From Pseudolabrys sp. (GTDB lineage Bacteria > Pseudomonadota > Alphaproteobacteria > Rhizobiales > Xanthobacteraceae), in assembly GCA_036519015.1 (NCBI GenBank), contig DATDMA010000447.1:33253-97252 (forward strand): a stretch of 64,000 nt of DNA, given 5' to 3'. Both the position numbers and the translations under genes were made by a program. Below, piece by piece: positions 46,517-57,738 of this stretch. Below the pieces are notes generated by a model. The model saw only the letters and a program-made list of their open reading frames with translations. It did not search any database and was not told the origin of the DNA. Each line of letters starts with the position of its first letter. Position 1 is the stretch's first letter.

Positions 46517-47788
46517 TCACTGGTGAGCCTTCTCGAAGGGATAGATCAGATCGCCCGACTTGTATTCCTTCGGATAAACGACGATCTGCCGCTTCCAGTC
46601 CTGGAACTGCTCGAGTTCGCTGCCGGTGATGCCCTGGAACTGCAGGCAGATGATGCGCGGCGTCGTCCACTCTCCATCCTGGCCGAACTTGATCGGCCCG
46701 ATCACCGTGTCGAAAGTCGTCTTCGACAAATAAGCCGCGAGCGTGTCGTCGTTCAGCGATTTCGTCTCGGTCACCGCCTGGGCGAGGATCTGTCCGGCCG
46801 CATAGGCATAGGGCGGATAGGTGAAGCCGAGGGGATCGGTGCCGAGGCTCGAAGCGCGCTTCTGGTATTCCTGCAACATGCGCGCCGTTCCCTCGAACTG
46901 AAGGCTCGGGGCTGGAATATAGAATTCGTTGCTGATGTAGCCGTTGATCGCCGGCCCGAGCTTCTGCTTGAGTCCGGTGACCAGCAGCCCGAGCATCGCG
47001 CCGCCGATCAATTTCGGCTTGAACTTGATCTCATTGGCGGCCTGGATGATGCCGGCGGTGTCGACCGGCAGCGTCGCCGCGAAGACAATGTCCGGATTGG
47101 CTGCCTGAAGCGCGCGCACGATCGGTGTGAAGTCGGTGGTCGAGAGCGGATAAGTGCGTTCGATCACGACCTCGAGGCCGGCCGCCTTGGCGTTCTCGCG
47201 CGCGCCGTCGAGCGCGTGCCGCGCATATTCGATGTCGGCGCCGACCAGCGCCACGCGCGTCGGCTTCGGCGTCTGCTCGGCAGCGAGGTCAAACACGCAT
47301 TTCGAATAATTGGCGGGGGAGGGGCCCTGCGAATTCATCGAGAAATAGCGCGAATAGTGGAACGCGTTGTTGGAGCCGAGCCCGAAGATGCCAAGCGTCG
47401 TGCGATTCTTCTGCATGATCGTCGGCAAAGTCGCGGCGATCACCTGCGTGCTGTAGGGCCCGAGCAGCAGATCGACTTTGTCGATGCCCATCAGCTTCTC
47501 GTAGATGCCCGGCCCGTTCGCCGGGTTGCCCTGATCGTCGTAGTAGACGAACTGCACCGGCCGGCCGAGCAGCCCGCCTTTCGCGTTGATGTCCTCACGC
47601 CAGATCTCGAGGCCCGCGAGCACCTGCTTGCCCGCCGGCGCCGTCGGTCCGGTGAGGCTGATGCTCAGTCCGATGCGCAGCGGATCGGCGGCGTAACTGG
47701 TCGTAGTCGCACGCACGAGGCCGGCGAGTGCGGCGGCGCTTATGAGTGCCGATAAGCCCATGCGTCTAAGACGTCCCTGAATGCCCAT
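46517..47788 (-). CDS. ABC transporter substrate-binding protein (Leu/Ile/Val-type fold)
   Basis: Signal peptide, LRIGLSISLTG, INAKGGLLGRPV, GPYST. Confidence 0.9.
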   Translation of the reverse strand: MGIQGRLRRMGLSALISAAALAGLVRATTTSYAADPLRIGLSISLTGPTAPAGKQVLAGLEIWREDINAKGGLLGRPVQFVYYDDQGNPANGPGIYEKLMGIDKVDLLLGPYSTQVIAATLPTIMQKNRTTLGIFGLGSNNAFHYSRYFSMNSQGPSPANYSKCVFDLAAEQTPKPTRVALVGADIEYARHALDGARENAKAAGLEVVIERTYPLSTTDFTPIVRALQAANPDIVFAATLPVDTAGIIQAANEIKFKPKLIGGAMLGLLVTGLKQKLGPAINGYISNEFYIPAPSLQFEGTARMLQEYQKRASSLGTDPLGFTYPPYAYAAGQILAQAVTETKSLNDDTLAAYLSKTTFDTVIGPIKFGQDGEWTTPRIICLQFQGITGSELEQFQDWKRQIVVYPKEYKSGDLIYPFEKAHQ

Positions 47789-47853
47789 GAGGTCCCTCCA
47801 TGTTGTCCGGTTATGGCCCGGATTTGCCGGCAGCCTAGCGCTGGCGGCAATTC

Positions 47854-47871
47854 TTGGCAATCGATTGCCAA
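47854..47871. promoter_or_regulatory. LacI-type operator
   Basis: Perfect 18-bp palindrome TTGGCAATCGATTGCCAA with a central CG, between divergent genes next to a LacI regulator. Confidence 0.8.
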
Positions 47872-47989
47872 ACGGGCCGGCAAGATGCTACGCGGAGAAG
47901 CCCGATACCCGGCTTGATTTCACGCGCCGCGTCGGGACAATGAAAAGGCAATGCGCAGATTTGCGCGACCAAAAATAAGGGATGGACGC

Positions 47990-49171
47990 ATGTTCAAGGG
48001 TTCGGCCAACGTGATGCTGCCGACATCGATCATCGGATCGCTGCCGCGCCCCACCTGGTACACCGCGACGCTCGGCTCGAAGAGCTTCCTCGAAGCCATG
48101 GTCAATTCGCGCTACCGCGAGCAATACGAGGACGCCGTCTCGTCCTTCCTGCGCGCGCAGGAAATTGCCGGCCTCGACATCTGCACCGACGGCGACGCAC
48201 ATTACGACGAGGAAGTCGGCGGCATGAGCTGGCAGAGCTACGCGCCGGCGCACATGACGGGTTTCAGCACCACGCCGCAGGCGTCGGTCTATAATGTCGG
48301 CGCGATTGCCTACCCGCGCGGACACATCCTGCACGATTTCCTCGAGGCGCGCGTCTTCCCCAAGATCGTCGGGCCGGTCGGCCGCGGCAATCTGCAATAC
48401 GGCGCGATGTGGAAGGTGGCGCAGCGCATGACCAGGCGCCCGGTCAAATACGGCACCATTTTGCCCGAACTGCTCGCGGCCTCCGTCGCCGACGACTATT
48501 ACAAGGACCCGGTCGAGCGCACGCTGGCGCTCAGCGCCGCGCTCAACGAGGAACTCAACGAACTCGCGGATGCCGGCTGCCCGGTGATCCAGATGGAAGA
48601 GCCGCAGATCCACATGGTGCCGGTGCGCGGCAAGGCCTTCGGCAAGCTCGACGTCGGCGATCTGGTCAAGATCTTCAACGGCACAGTGAAAGGCCTACGC
48701 GCCAAAACCGAAGTCTGGTGCCATACCTGCTGGGGCAATCCGAGCCAGCAGCGCATCTTCAAGGACGTGCAGAGCTACAAGCCGACGCTCGATGCGCTCA
48801 ACACGATCGACGCCGACGCCATCACCTTCGAAACCTGTTCATCCGGCCCGGACGATCTCAAGGCGATCGGCGAGCACATCACGGACAAGAAGATCGTCAT
48901 CGGCGTCATCGACCATCACACGCTTCAGGTCGAGCGTCCGGACGACATCGCCGCGTTGATTCGTGAGGCGCTCAAATACATTCCGGCGGAGCGGCTGATC
49001 ATCTCGTCCGATTGCGGCATGGGCCGCGAAGGCATGGGCCGCCGCCACGCGACCTACAAGATGGTCTCGATGGTGCTCGGCACCAACATCGTGCGGAAAG
49101 AGCTCGGCCTGCCCGAGGCCGAATGCCTGGCCGCCGATTCGCGCTATTCGCTGACGGTGACGAAGACCTGA
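47990..49171 (+). CDS. Cobalamin-independent methionine synthase II family protein (single barrel)
   Basis: IGSLPRP, QEIAGLDICTDG, IQMEEP, Zn ligands HTC and SSDCGM. No N-terminal barrel. Confidence 0.88.
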   Translation: MFKGSANVMLPTSIIGSLPRPTWYTATLGSKSFLEAMVNSRYREQYEDAVSSFLRAQEIAGLDICTDGDAHYDEEVGGMSWQSYAPAHMTGFSTTPQASVYNVGAIAYPRGHILHDFLEARVFPKIVGPVGRGNLQYGAMWKVAQRMTRRPVKYGTILPELLAASVADDYYKDPVERTLALSAALNEELNELADAGCPVIQMEEPQIHMVPVRGKAFGKLDVGDLVKIFNGTVKGLRAKTEVWCHTCWGNPSQQRIFKDVQSYKPTLDALNTIDADAITFETCSSGPDDLKAIGEHITDKKIVIGVIDHHTLQVERPDDIAALIREALKYIPAERLIISSDCGMGREGMGRRHATYKMVSMVLGTNIVRKELGLPEAECLAADSRYSLTVTKT

Positions 49172-49200
49172 TTCATTCGACGCCGCGGCCGCTCGCTTTG

Positions 49201-49334
49201 TTTACCCTCCCCCTTGCGGGGAGGGTCGCGAGCGTAGCGAGCGGGGTGGGGGTCCTTGTTAATAACTGAGACACCCACCCCGACCGCCTTCGCTTTGCTA
49301 CGGCGGTCGACACTCCCCGCAAGGGGGAGGGTAT
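49201..49334. repeat. Palindromic intergenic repeat, family A
   Basis: TACCCTCCCCTTGCGGGGAGGGT...CTCCCCGCAAGGGGGAGGGTA. Confidence 0.85.
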
Positions 49335-49341
49335 AGAGAGA

Positions 49342-49878
49342 CTAGGGCAATTTGTCATAGCCCTCGCCAAACCCGGCGAGGCTCCTCGGAAAGCCGATGC
49401 CTTCTTCCGGCGTCTGGAAGATGATGAAGGTTGCGGTCTTGCCGTTGCGCAGCTTGCCGATCAGCGTGTCGTCCATGACGACCTCGGCGATGCAGCCGTT
49501 GGGCAGGCAACGCACGAAGCCGGCGCGGCCGATATCGGCGTTGTCGATCTTCAGCCCCAGCCCGGACGGCAGTAGCACGCCGAGCGGCGCCACCACGCGC
49601 ATCAGCCGGCTCTTCTGGTCGGCAGTCTTGAGCACAATCACGGTGAGGCCGACATTGGCCCGGTCTTCCGCGGTCACGCTCTGGATCAGCGCGCATTGCT
49701 CGGCTTTGGCGCCCGGCGGCGTGTCGCAGCGGATCTGCCAGTCTCTGTGCACCGATTTCACGGCGCCTTGGGCCGCGGCCCGCTCGGTCGGGATCAGCGC
49801 CAGTCCGATCGCGACGGCCAGCGCCGTCGTCCAGGCCCGTTGCCGGAGCGCACGCTTACCAAGGTCGATAATGCTCAT
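49342..49878 (-). CDS. Invasion-associated locus B (IalB) family protein
   Basis: Signal peptide, WQIRC...CALIQ, PLGVLLPSG, FVRCLPNGC. Divergent from coxB. Confidence 0.9.
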   Translation of the reverse strand: MSIIDLGKRALRQRAWTTALAVAIGLALIPTERAAAQGAVKSVHRDWQIRCDTPPGAKAEQCALIQSVTAEDRANVGLTVIVLKTADQKSRLMRVVAPLGVLLPSGLGLKIDNADIGRAGFVRCLPNGCIAEVVMDDTLIGKLRNGKTATFIIFQTPEEGIGFPRSLAGFGEGYDKLP

Positions 49879-50381
49879 AGGTTAGCCCTTTGGCGCGGAT
49901 CTTACCTGTCCGCCCGCCGCCGGCAGCGGCCGAATCATTGCCCCCGTCGGTATGTTAATCGTCCCCGTTGGGTCATGCCCGGCCAATCCTGTCAAGCAAG
50001 CGCGCAGCGACAGACACCCCGTGGTCCACCCGGCGGCATCCAAGCCGGGGCGCCATGGCATAAATGCGGCGTTCGGTCGCGCGCGACGCTGCGGCGTGCG
50101 GTCGCGGAATGCCCACTGAGCCCACCGGAAGCCTGCTGGGAATCGGCTTGGGGGTAAAACGGTTGTCGCCGGTCGGATATAATCGAGTGCATTGCGGCGG
50201 TTTACAAATTGTGGTTTGAAAAGCCGGGATTTCCCCCGTCCCGCCGCACAGTCCAAGCTGCCACGCCCGTGGCAAATGCCGTGTCTGGCGGGGTTGGACC
50301 GCCGATCGTGCGTTACGAAAGGCGGCAATAAAAGGCGCCTTGAACAAGGCCGTTTTTCTCGTCGAGGGAGCGCATTCGACA

Positions 50382-51230
50382 ATGATAGTGCTTAAGCGGT
50401 TGATCGCATTCGTGGTCACGAGCGTGGCCGTTCTCGGCGGAAGCGCCGCATTGGCGGCAGAGCCGGTCACCGGCCAGCCGCATCCGTGGCAGTTGGGCCT
50501 TCAGGCCGGCGCCACCCCGGTGATGGACGACATCATCTGGTTCCACGACTTCCTGCTGTGGGTCATCGCGGCGATTACCGTCTTCGTGCTGACGCTGCTG
50601 GTCCTCGTGGTCGTCAAGTTCAACGCCCGCAGCAACCCGGTGCCCTCGCGGACGACCCACAACACGACCATCGAAGTGATCTGGACCGTGGTCCCGGTCC
50701 TCATCCTGGTGGCGATCGCGGTTCCCTCGTTCCGCCTGCTGTTCTACCAGCTCAACACTCCGCCGGCCGACCTGACCGTGAAGGCCACCGGCAAGCAGTG
50801 GTTCTGGAGCTACAGCTACCCCGACAGCAAGTTCGAGTTCGATTCGCTGATGGTGGCGGACAAGGACCTCAAGCCGGGCCAGCCGCGCCTGCTGGCGGTC
50901 GATAATGAAATGGTCGTACCGGTGGGCAAGGTTGTTCGGGTGATCACCACCGGCGCCGACGTCATCCACTCCTGGGCGGTTCCATCCTTCGGGGTCAAGA
51001 TCGACGCAGTTCCCGGACGCGTGAACGAGACCTGGTTTAAGGCCGAGCGCGAAGGCACATATTACGGTCAATGCTCACAACTTTGCGGCCGCGATCACGC
51101 CTTCATGCCGATCGTCGTCCATGTCGTCAGTGATAAGGACTACACGGCGTGGCTCGATGGCGCCAAGAAGAAGTACGCCACCGACGACACCACTCCGACC
51201 GCGGTCGCCGCGGCCGGCGAGGTGCGGTAA
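50382..51230 (+). CDS. coxB: Cytochrome c oxidase subunit II
   Basis: DVIHSW and CuA motif GQCSQLCGRDHAFM. Confidence 0.97.
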   Translation: MIVLKRLIAFVVTSVAVLGGSAALAAEPVTGQPHPWQLGLQAGATPVMDDIIWFHDFLLWVIAAITVFVLTLLVLVVVKFNARSNPVPSRTTHNTTIEVIWTVVPVLILVAIAVPSFRLLFYQLNTPPADLTVKATGKQWFWSYSYPDSKFEFDSLMVADKDLKPGQPRLLAVDNEMVVPVGKVVRVITTGADVIHSWAVPSFGVKIDAVPGRVNETWFKAEREGTYYGQCSQLCGRDHAFMPIVVHVVSDKDYTAWLDGAKKKYATDDTTPTAVAAAGEVR

Positions 51231-51239
51231 CATATATAA

Positions 51240-52898
<1,659 letters not shown>

Positions 52899-52915
52899 GG
52901 AAATCGGCGTAAACC

Positions 52916-53881
52916 ATGTCACTCATCAGCGAAGGCGCAGACTTCCACGGCCGCAGGGCCGCAGGATCGGAGCTCGGCCCGGCCGAGCCCAGTCTCGCCA
53001 CCGTTGGTGACTACCTTGCTTTGCTCAAGCCGCGGGTGATGTCGCTCGTCGTGTTCACCGCGCTGGTGGGCCTCGCGGTCGCGCCGGGCTCGCTGCACCC
53101 GATGACCGCCTTCACCGCGCTGCTCTGCATCGCGGTGGGCGCGGGCGCTGCCGGCGCGCTCAACATGTGGTACGACGCCGACGTCGATGCGGTGATGACC
53201 CGCACGGCGCGCCGGCCGGTGCCGATGGGCCACGTCAAGCCGGGCGAGGCGTTCGCCTTCGGCATCACGCTCGCCGGCTTCTCCATCATGACGCTCGGCC
53301 TGCTGGTGAACTGGCTTGCCGCTTCGCTGCTCGCCTTCACCATCTTCTTCTACGTGGTCGTCTATACGGTCTGGCTCAAGCGCTCGACGCCGCAGAACAT
53401 CGTCATCGGCGGCGCCGCCGGCGCCTTCCCGCCGATGATCGGCTGGGTCGCGGTGACCGGCTCGCTCTCGTTCGAGCCGGTGCTCTTGTTCCTCATCATC
53501 TTCTTCTGGACGCCGCCGCACTTTTGGGCGCTCGCGCTCTACAAGGCCGACGACTACAAGCGCGCCGGCATTCCGATGATGCCGGTCGTCGCCGGCGACG
53601 TCAGCGCGCGCTGGCAGATCCTTTTGTACACGTTGATCCTGGTGCCGCTCGCGATCGCGCCGTGGCCGCTCGGCTATACCGGCGCGCTCTATGGCCTCAC
53701 GGCGGTCGTGACCGGCGCAATCATGCTGGTGCTCGCCGTCCAGGTCTTGCGTGAGCGCCGGCCGATCGAGCGCGCCTGCCGGCATCTCTTTGCCTTCTCG
53801 ATCCTGTATCTGTTCTTGTTGTTCGCTGTGCTGCTGATCGAGCGCGGATGGGGCGGGCTCATTGCCCGGTTGGCGGCGTGA
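52916..53881 (+). CDS. ctaB: Protoheme IX farnesyltransferase (heme o synthase)
   Basis: [30 protein letters not shown]. Confidence 0.96.
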   Translation: MSLISEGADFHGRRAAGSELGPAEPSLATVGDYLALLKPRVMSLVVFTALVGLAVAPGSLHPMTAFTALLCIAVGAGAAGALNMWYDADVDAVMTRTARRPVPMGHVKPGEAFAFGITLAGFSIMTLGLLVNWLAASLLAFTIFFYVVVYTVWLKRSTPQNIVIGGAAGAFPPMIGWVAVTGSLSFEPVLLFLIIFFWTPPHFWALALYKADDYKRAGIPMMPVVAGDVSARWQILLYTLILVPLAIAPWPLGYTGALYGLTAVVTGAIMLVLAVQVLRERRPIERACRHLFAFSILYLFLLFAVLLIERGWGGLIARLAA

Positions 53882-53895
53882 ACACCGGTATTGTC

Positions 53896-54063
53896 ATGAA
53901 CGAGACGCCTGAGAAAGACGAGGGCATCGTGCTCACCGAGGCGCAGAGGCGCGCCCAGCGCTCGCGCTCGGTCGCCATTGCGCTCGCGCTCGCCGCTCTC
54001 GTAATCCTGTTCTATGTGATGACGCTGGTGAAGGGACCGGGCGTGCTTATCCGCCCAATCTGA
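53896..54063 (+). CDS. coxF: CoxF small membrane protein
   Basis: [11 protein letters not shown]...FYVMTLVK single TM helix, located between ctaB and ctaG. Confidence 0.8.
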   Translation: MNETPEKDEGIVLTEAQRRAQRSRSVAIALALAALVILFYVMTLVKGPGVLIRPI

Positions 54064-54065
54064 CC

Positions 54066-54668
54066 ATGACCGAGCCGGGGGACAACACAAGGCCGCTGCG
54101 GCGCGACATGATCGTCGCCGCCAGCTGCGGCGTGCTTGTCGCCGCCATGATCGGCGCGTCCTATGCGGCGGTGCCGTTTTACAATTGGTTCTGCAAGACC
54201 ACGGGCTTCGCCGGCACCACGCAGGTCGCCGAGAAGGCGCCGGATCAGATTCTTGGCCGCACGTTGGCCATCCGCTTCGACTCCAACGTCGCGCCCGGCC
54301 TGCCGTGGAAATTCATGCCCGAGCAGAACGAGATCAAGGTGCGTATCGGCGAGGTGGCGACCGTCCACTACAAGGTCGTCAACGAAGCGGCGCGGACCGT
54401 CACGGCGCAGGCCTCCTACAATGTCTCGCCGCCGACCACCGGCGGCTATTTCAACAAGATCAACTGCTTCTGTTTCACCGAGCAGACCATGAAGCCGGGT
54501 GAGACGCGCGAGATGACGGTCGTGTTCTATGTCGATCCCTCGATCGTCAAAGACCACGACCAGGACGATCTCAACACAATCACTTTGTCCTACACCTTCT
54601 ACCGGCTGCCCGATTCGGTGCGGCCGGTGGCCGAGGCGCCGGACGGAAAATCGAGCACGCTTAATTAA
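54066..54668 (+). CDS. ctaG: Cytochrome c oxidase assembly copper chaperone Cox11/CtaG
   Basis: [25 protein letters not shown]. Confidence 0.96.
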   Translation: MTEPGDNTRPLRRDMIVAASCGVLVAAMIGASYAAVPFYNWFCKTTGFAGTTQVAEKAPDQILGRTLAIRFDSNVAPGLPWKFMPEQNEIKVRIGEVATVHYKVVNEAARTVTAQASYNVSPPTTGGYFNKINCFCFTEQTMKPGETREMTVVFYVDPSIVKDHDQDDLNTITLSYTFYRLPDSVRPVAEAPDGKSSTLN

Positions 54669-54720
54669 ACAAGAGGGGCGCCTCTGGCGCTCCCATGAGG
54701 GTTGAACGGAGACGACGACG

Positions 54721-55572
54721 ATGGCCGACGCTCACGCCAAGCATCATGACTACCACCTGGTCGATCCGAGCCCGTGGCCGGCGATCGGCTCGGTGTCCGC
54801 CTTCATCATGGCGGTCGGCGCGATCACCTGGATGCATCATATGTACGCCGCCGCTCCGGTGGTGTTCGGCATCGGCGTGCTCGGCGTGCTGTACACTTTC
54901 GTCGGCTGGTGGCGCGACGTCATCAACGAGGCGGAGCACGGCGGATTCCACACCCGCGTGGTGCAGATCTCGCACCGCTACGGCATGATCCTGTTCATCG
55001 CTTCCGAGGTGATGTTCTTCGTCGCCTGGTTCTGGGCCTATTTCAACACCGCGTTGTTTCCCGATGCAGCGAAGGAAGTCGCGCGCGTCGCCTTCACCGG
55101 TGGCGTTTGGCCGCCGAAGGGCATCGAGACCTTCGACCCTTGGCACCTGCCGCTCCTGAATACGCTGATCCTGCTCACCTCGGGCACCACGGTCACCTGG
55201 GCGCACCACGCGCTGCTCGAGAACGACCGCCAGGGCGTGAAGTGGGGCCTCATCCTCACTATCCTGCTGGGCGGTACATTCACCTGCGTGCAGGCCTTCG
55301 AGTATTCTCACGCCGCCTTCGCCTTCAGCGGCAACATGTATGGCGCCAGCTTCTTCATGGCGACCGGCTTCCACGGCGCGCATGTGATCATCGGCACGAT
55401 CTTCCTGATCGTTTGCCTGGTGCGCGTGCTGAAGGGCCACTTCACGCCGACCCAGCATCTCGGCTTCGAGTTCGCCGCCTGGTACTGGCACTTCGTTGAC
55501 GTGGTGTGGCTGTTCCTGTTCGCCTGCATATATGTGTGGGGCTCCGGGGCGAGCGCCGCCCACGGAGGCTGA
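54721..55572 (+). CDS. coxC: Cytochrome c oxidase subunit III
   Basis: [28 protein letters not shown]. Confidence 0.97.
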   Translation: MADAHAKHHDYHLVDPSPWPAIGSVSAFIMAVGAITWMHHMYAAAPVVFGIGVLGVLYTFVGWWRDVINEAEHGGFHTRVVQISHRYGMILFIASEVMFFVAWFWAYFNTALFPDAAKEVARVAFTGGVWPPKGIETFDPWHLPLLNTLILLTSGTTVTWAHHALLENDRQGVKWGLILTILLGGTFTCVQAFEYSHAAFAFSGNMYGASFFMATGFHGAHVIIGTIFLIVCLVRVLKGHFTPTQHLGFEFAAWYWHFVDVVWLFLFACIYVWGSGASAAHGG

Positions 55573-55591
55573 CCGCCACCGGCACAGTTCG

Positions 55592-55625
55592 CAAAAGGGC
55601 GGCGGCAACGCCGCCCTTTTGTTTT
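55592..55625 (+). terminator. Intrinsic terminator after coxC
   Basis: AAAAGGGCGGCG-gcaa-CGCCGCCCTTTT-GTTTT. Confidence 0.88.
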
Positions 55626-55679
55626 CAGATCTGTAGTTGATATTGCGTGCGAATAGAGCGGACTTTGGGGAGCGGAGCC

Positions 55680-56066
55680 ATGACCGACAAAGCATTGCCC
55701 GGTCCTCTGCCGATCGCACGCGGATTGCGCGGCCGCTGTCCGCGCTGCGGGGAGGGGAAGTTGTTTCAAGGCTTTCTCGGCCTGAGGCCGCGCTGCGACC
55801 ATTGCGGTCTCGACTATAATTTCGCCGATGCCGGCGACGGGCCGGCGGTGTTCGTCATCCTCATCGGCGGCGCCATCGTCGTCTGCGCGGCGCTGATCAC
55901 GGAGGTCGTCTATCAGCCGCCTTACTGGCTGCACGCGGCCTTGTGGTTGCCACTGGTTCTCATCGTCACGCTGGCGCCGCTGCGCCTGATCAAAGGCTTG
56001 CTGATCGCGCTGCAATACCATCACAAGGCGGCCGAGGGCCGGCTCGAGCGCCGGAGCGACGCTTGA
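55680..56066 (+). CDS. DUF983 domain protein
   Basis: RCPRCGEGKLF...CDHCG...DAGDGPA, two TM helices. Confidence 0.92.
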   Translation: MTDKALPGPLPIARGLRGRCPRCGEGKLFQGFLGLRPRCDHCGLDYNFADAGDGPAVFVILIGGAIVVCAALITEVVYQPPYWLHAALWLPLVLIVTLAPLRLIKGLLIALQYHHKAAEGRLERRSDA

Positions 56067-56815
56067 ACATCGTGCGCGAGAAGCCCCGCCGCGGCATCAT
56101 CGGAGCGACGGTGTTCGCCGTCGTCGGCATCGCCATCCTCATCGGGCTTGGCGTCTGGCAGCTCGACCGCAAGGTCTGGAAAGAGAATCTGATCGCGACG
56201 CTGACCGAGCGTCTCGATGGTGCGCCGGCCGCGCTGCCTGCGCGTGGCGACTGGCCGCGCCTCACCCAGGACAAAGACGAATTCCGCCGCGTGACATTCC
56301 CGGCTGAAATCATCGCCGGCGAAGAAGCACTGGTCTATGCGGCCGGCTCGGCGTTGCGGTCCGACATCAAGGGACCCGGCTATTTCGTGTTCGCGCCGGC
56401 GCGGCTTCTCGGCGGCAGCATCGTCCTCGTCAACCGCGGCTTCGTGCCGCTTGAGCGCAAGGACCCGACGACGCGCGCGGCCGGCGCGCCGCAGGGCATC
56501 GTCGACATCGTCGGCGTGTTGCGCTGGCCGGAAGCGCGCGGCACCTTCACGCCGGACGACGATCCGAAAACCAATGTCTGGTATCTGCGGGATCCCAAGA
56601 GCATGGCGCAGGCGAAGAAGTGGGACACCTCGGCGCCGTTCTACATCGATCAGGAATCTCCGGTGCCGGCGGGCAGCCTGCCGCTGCCGGCGAAGCTCGA
56701 AGTGCATCTGCCGGACAACCACCTGCAATATGCGATCACATGGTTCGGCTTGGCGCTGGCGCTCGCCGGCGTTTATATTGTCTGGCTCGTCGGACGACTC
56801 CGTCGCCGCGTGTGA
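56063..56815 (+). CDS. SURF1 family cytochrome oxidase assembly protein
   Basis: LGVWQLDR..WK, VNRGFVP, NHLQYAITWF. Start uncertain (TTG 56063 or GTG 56072). Confidence 0.93.
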   Translation: MNIVREKPRRGIIGATVFAVVGIAILIGLGVWQLDRKVWKENLIATLTERLDGAPAALPARGDWPRLTQDKDEFRRVTFPAEIIAGEEALVYAAGSALRSDIKGPGYFVFAPARLLGGSIVLVNRGFVPLERKDPTTRAAGAPQGIVDIVGVLRWPEARGTFTPDDDPKTNVWYLRDPKSMAQAKKWDTSAPFYIDQESPVPAGSLPLPAKLEVHLPDNHLQYAITWFGLALALAGVYIVWLVGRLRRRV

Positions 56816-56913
56816 TCGCTTGCCTTCACGATATGAAATCCCTTCGCGTAATTTGTCGGAGGCCGCGCTGCGTGATTTAGTGCGCGCCCTCAATGCGAAA
56901 GGGAAAAAATAGT

Positions 56914-57618
56914 ATGTCGCTCGCGGGAAAGAAAATCGTCGTCGTCGGAGGCTCGTCCGGCATTGGCCTTGCTGTGGCCGAGCAGGCGAAAGCCGAGGGC
57001 GCCGATGTCGTCATCGCCTCGCGCAATGCCGAGCGCCTGAAGGACGCGGCGGGGAAGCTGGGCGTGACTGGGATCGCGACGGACGTCACAAGTGACGAAA
57101 GCGTTGTCGCGCTCTTCCGCGCCAGCGGTCCCGTTGACCACGTTGTCGTGACCGCCGCGCAACTCCGCACCGGTCCGTTCAAGACCGTATCCATGGACGA
57201 CGTGCGCGCCACCTTCGAAGCCAAGTTCTGGGGCGCCTGGCGCGTCGCCCGCGCGGCCGAGATTCGTCCGGGCGGATCGCTCACATTGGTCTCCGGCTTT
57301 CTCAGCATCCGGCCGCGGCCCGGTTCGGCGATCGTCAGCGCGGCTAATGGCGCGCTCGAATCGCTGACGCGGGCGCTGGCGCTCGAGCTCGCCCCCATCC
57401 GCGTGAACGCGGTCTCGCCCGGCATCATCGATACGCCGATCCGCGCCGCCATGCCCGAGGCTGCGCGCCGCGATATGCTGGCGAAAGCTGCGTCCGGGCT
57501 GCCTGTTGGCCGGGTCGGTCTGGCCGAGGACATCTCCCGGCAGATCCACGCCTTCATCGGCAACGGGTTTGCGACCGGCTCGATCGTCTATCTTGAGGGA
57601 GGCGGCCTCGTCGCCTGA
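56914..57618 (+). CDS. SDR family oxidoreductase
   Basis: GGSSGIG and RVNAVSPG. Atypical active site (no YxxxK). Confidence 0.9.
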   Translation: MSLAGKKIVVVGGSSGIGLAVAEQAKAEGADVVIASRNAERLKDAAGKLGVTGIATDVTSDESVVALFRASGPVDHVVVTAAQLRTGPFKTVSMDDVRATFEAKFWGAWRVARAAEIRPGGSLTLVSGFLSIRPRPGSAIVSAANGALESLTRALALELAPIRVNAVSPGIIDTPIRAAMPEAARRDMLAKAASGLPVGRVGLAEDISRQIHAFIGNGFATGSIVYLEGGGLVA

Positions 57619-57738
57619 CGCCGCCGGTTTGATGGCGGCCCGCAAGGAGTACTCCCGCCTTCCTTGTGAAAGCCCCCCATGGGGGATAGTGTGGCCGACA
57701 CAGGCTCGGCCACACACTAAATAAATATAATAAAATCA

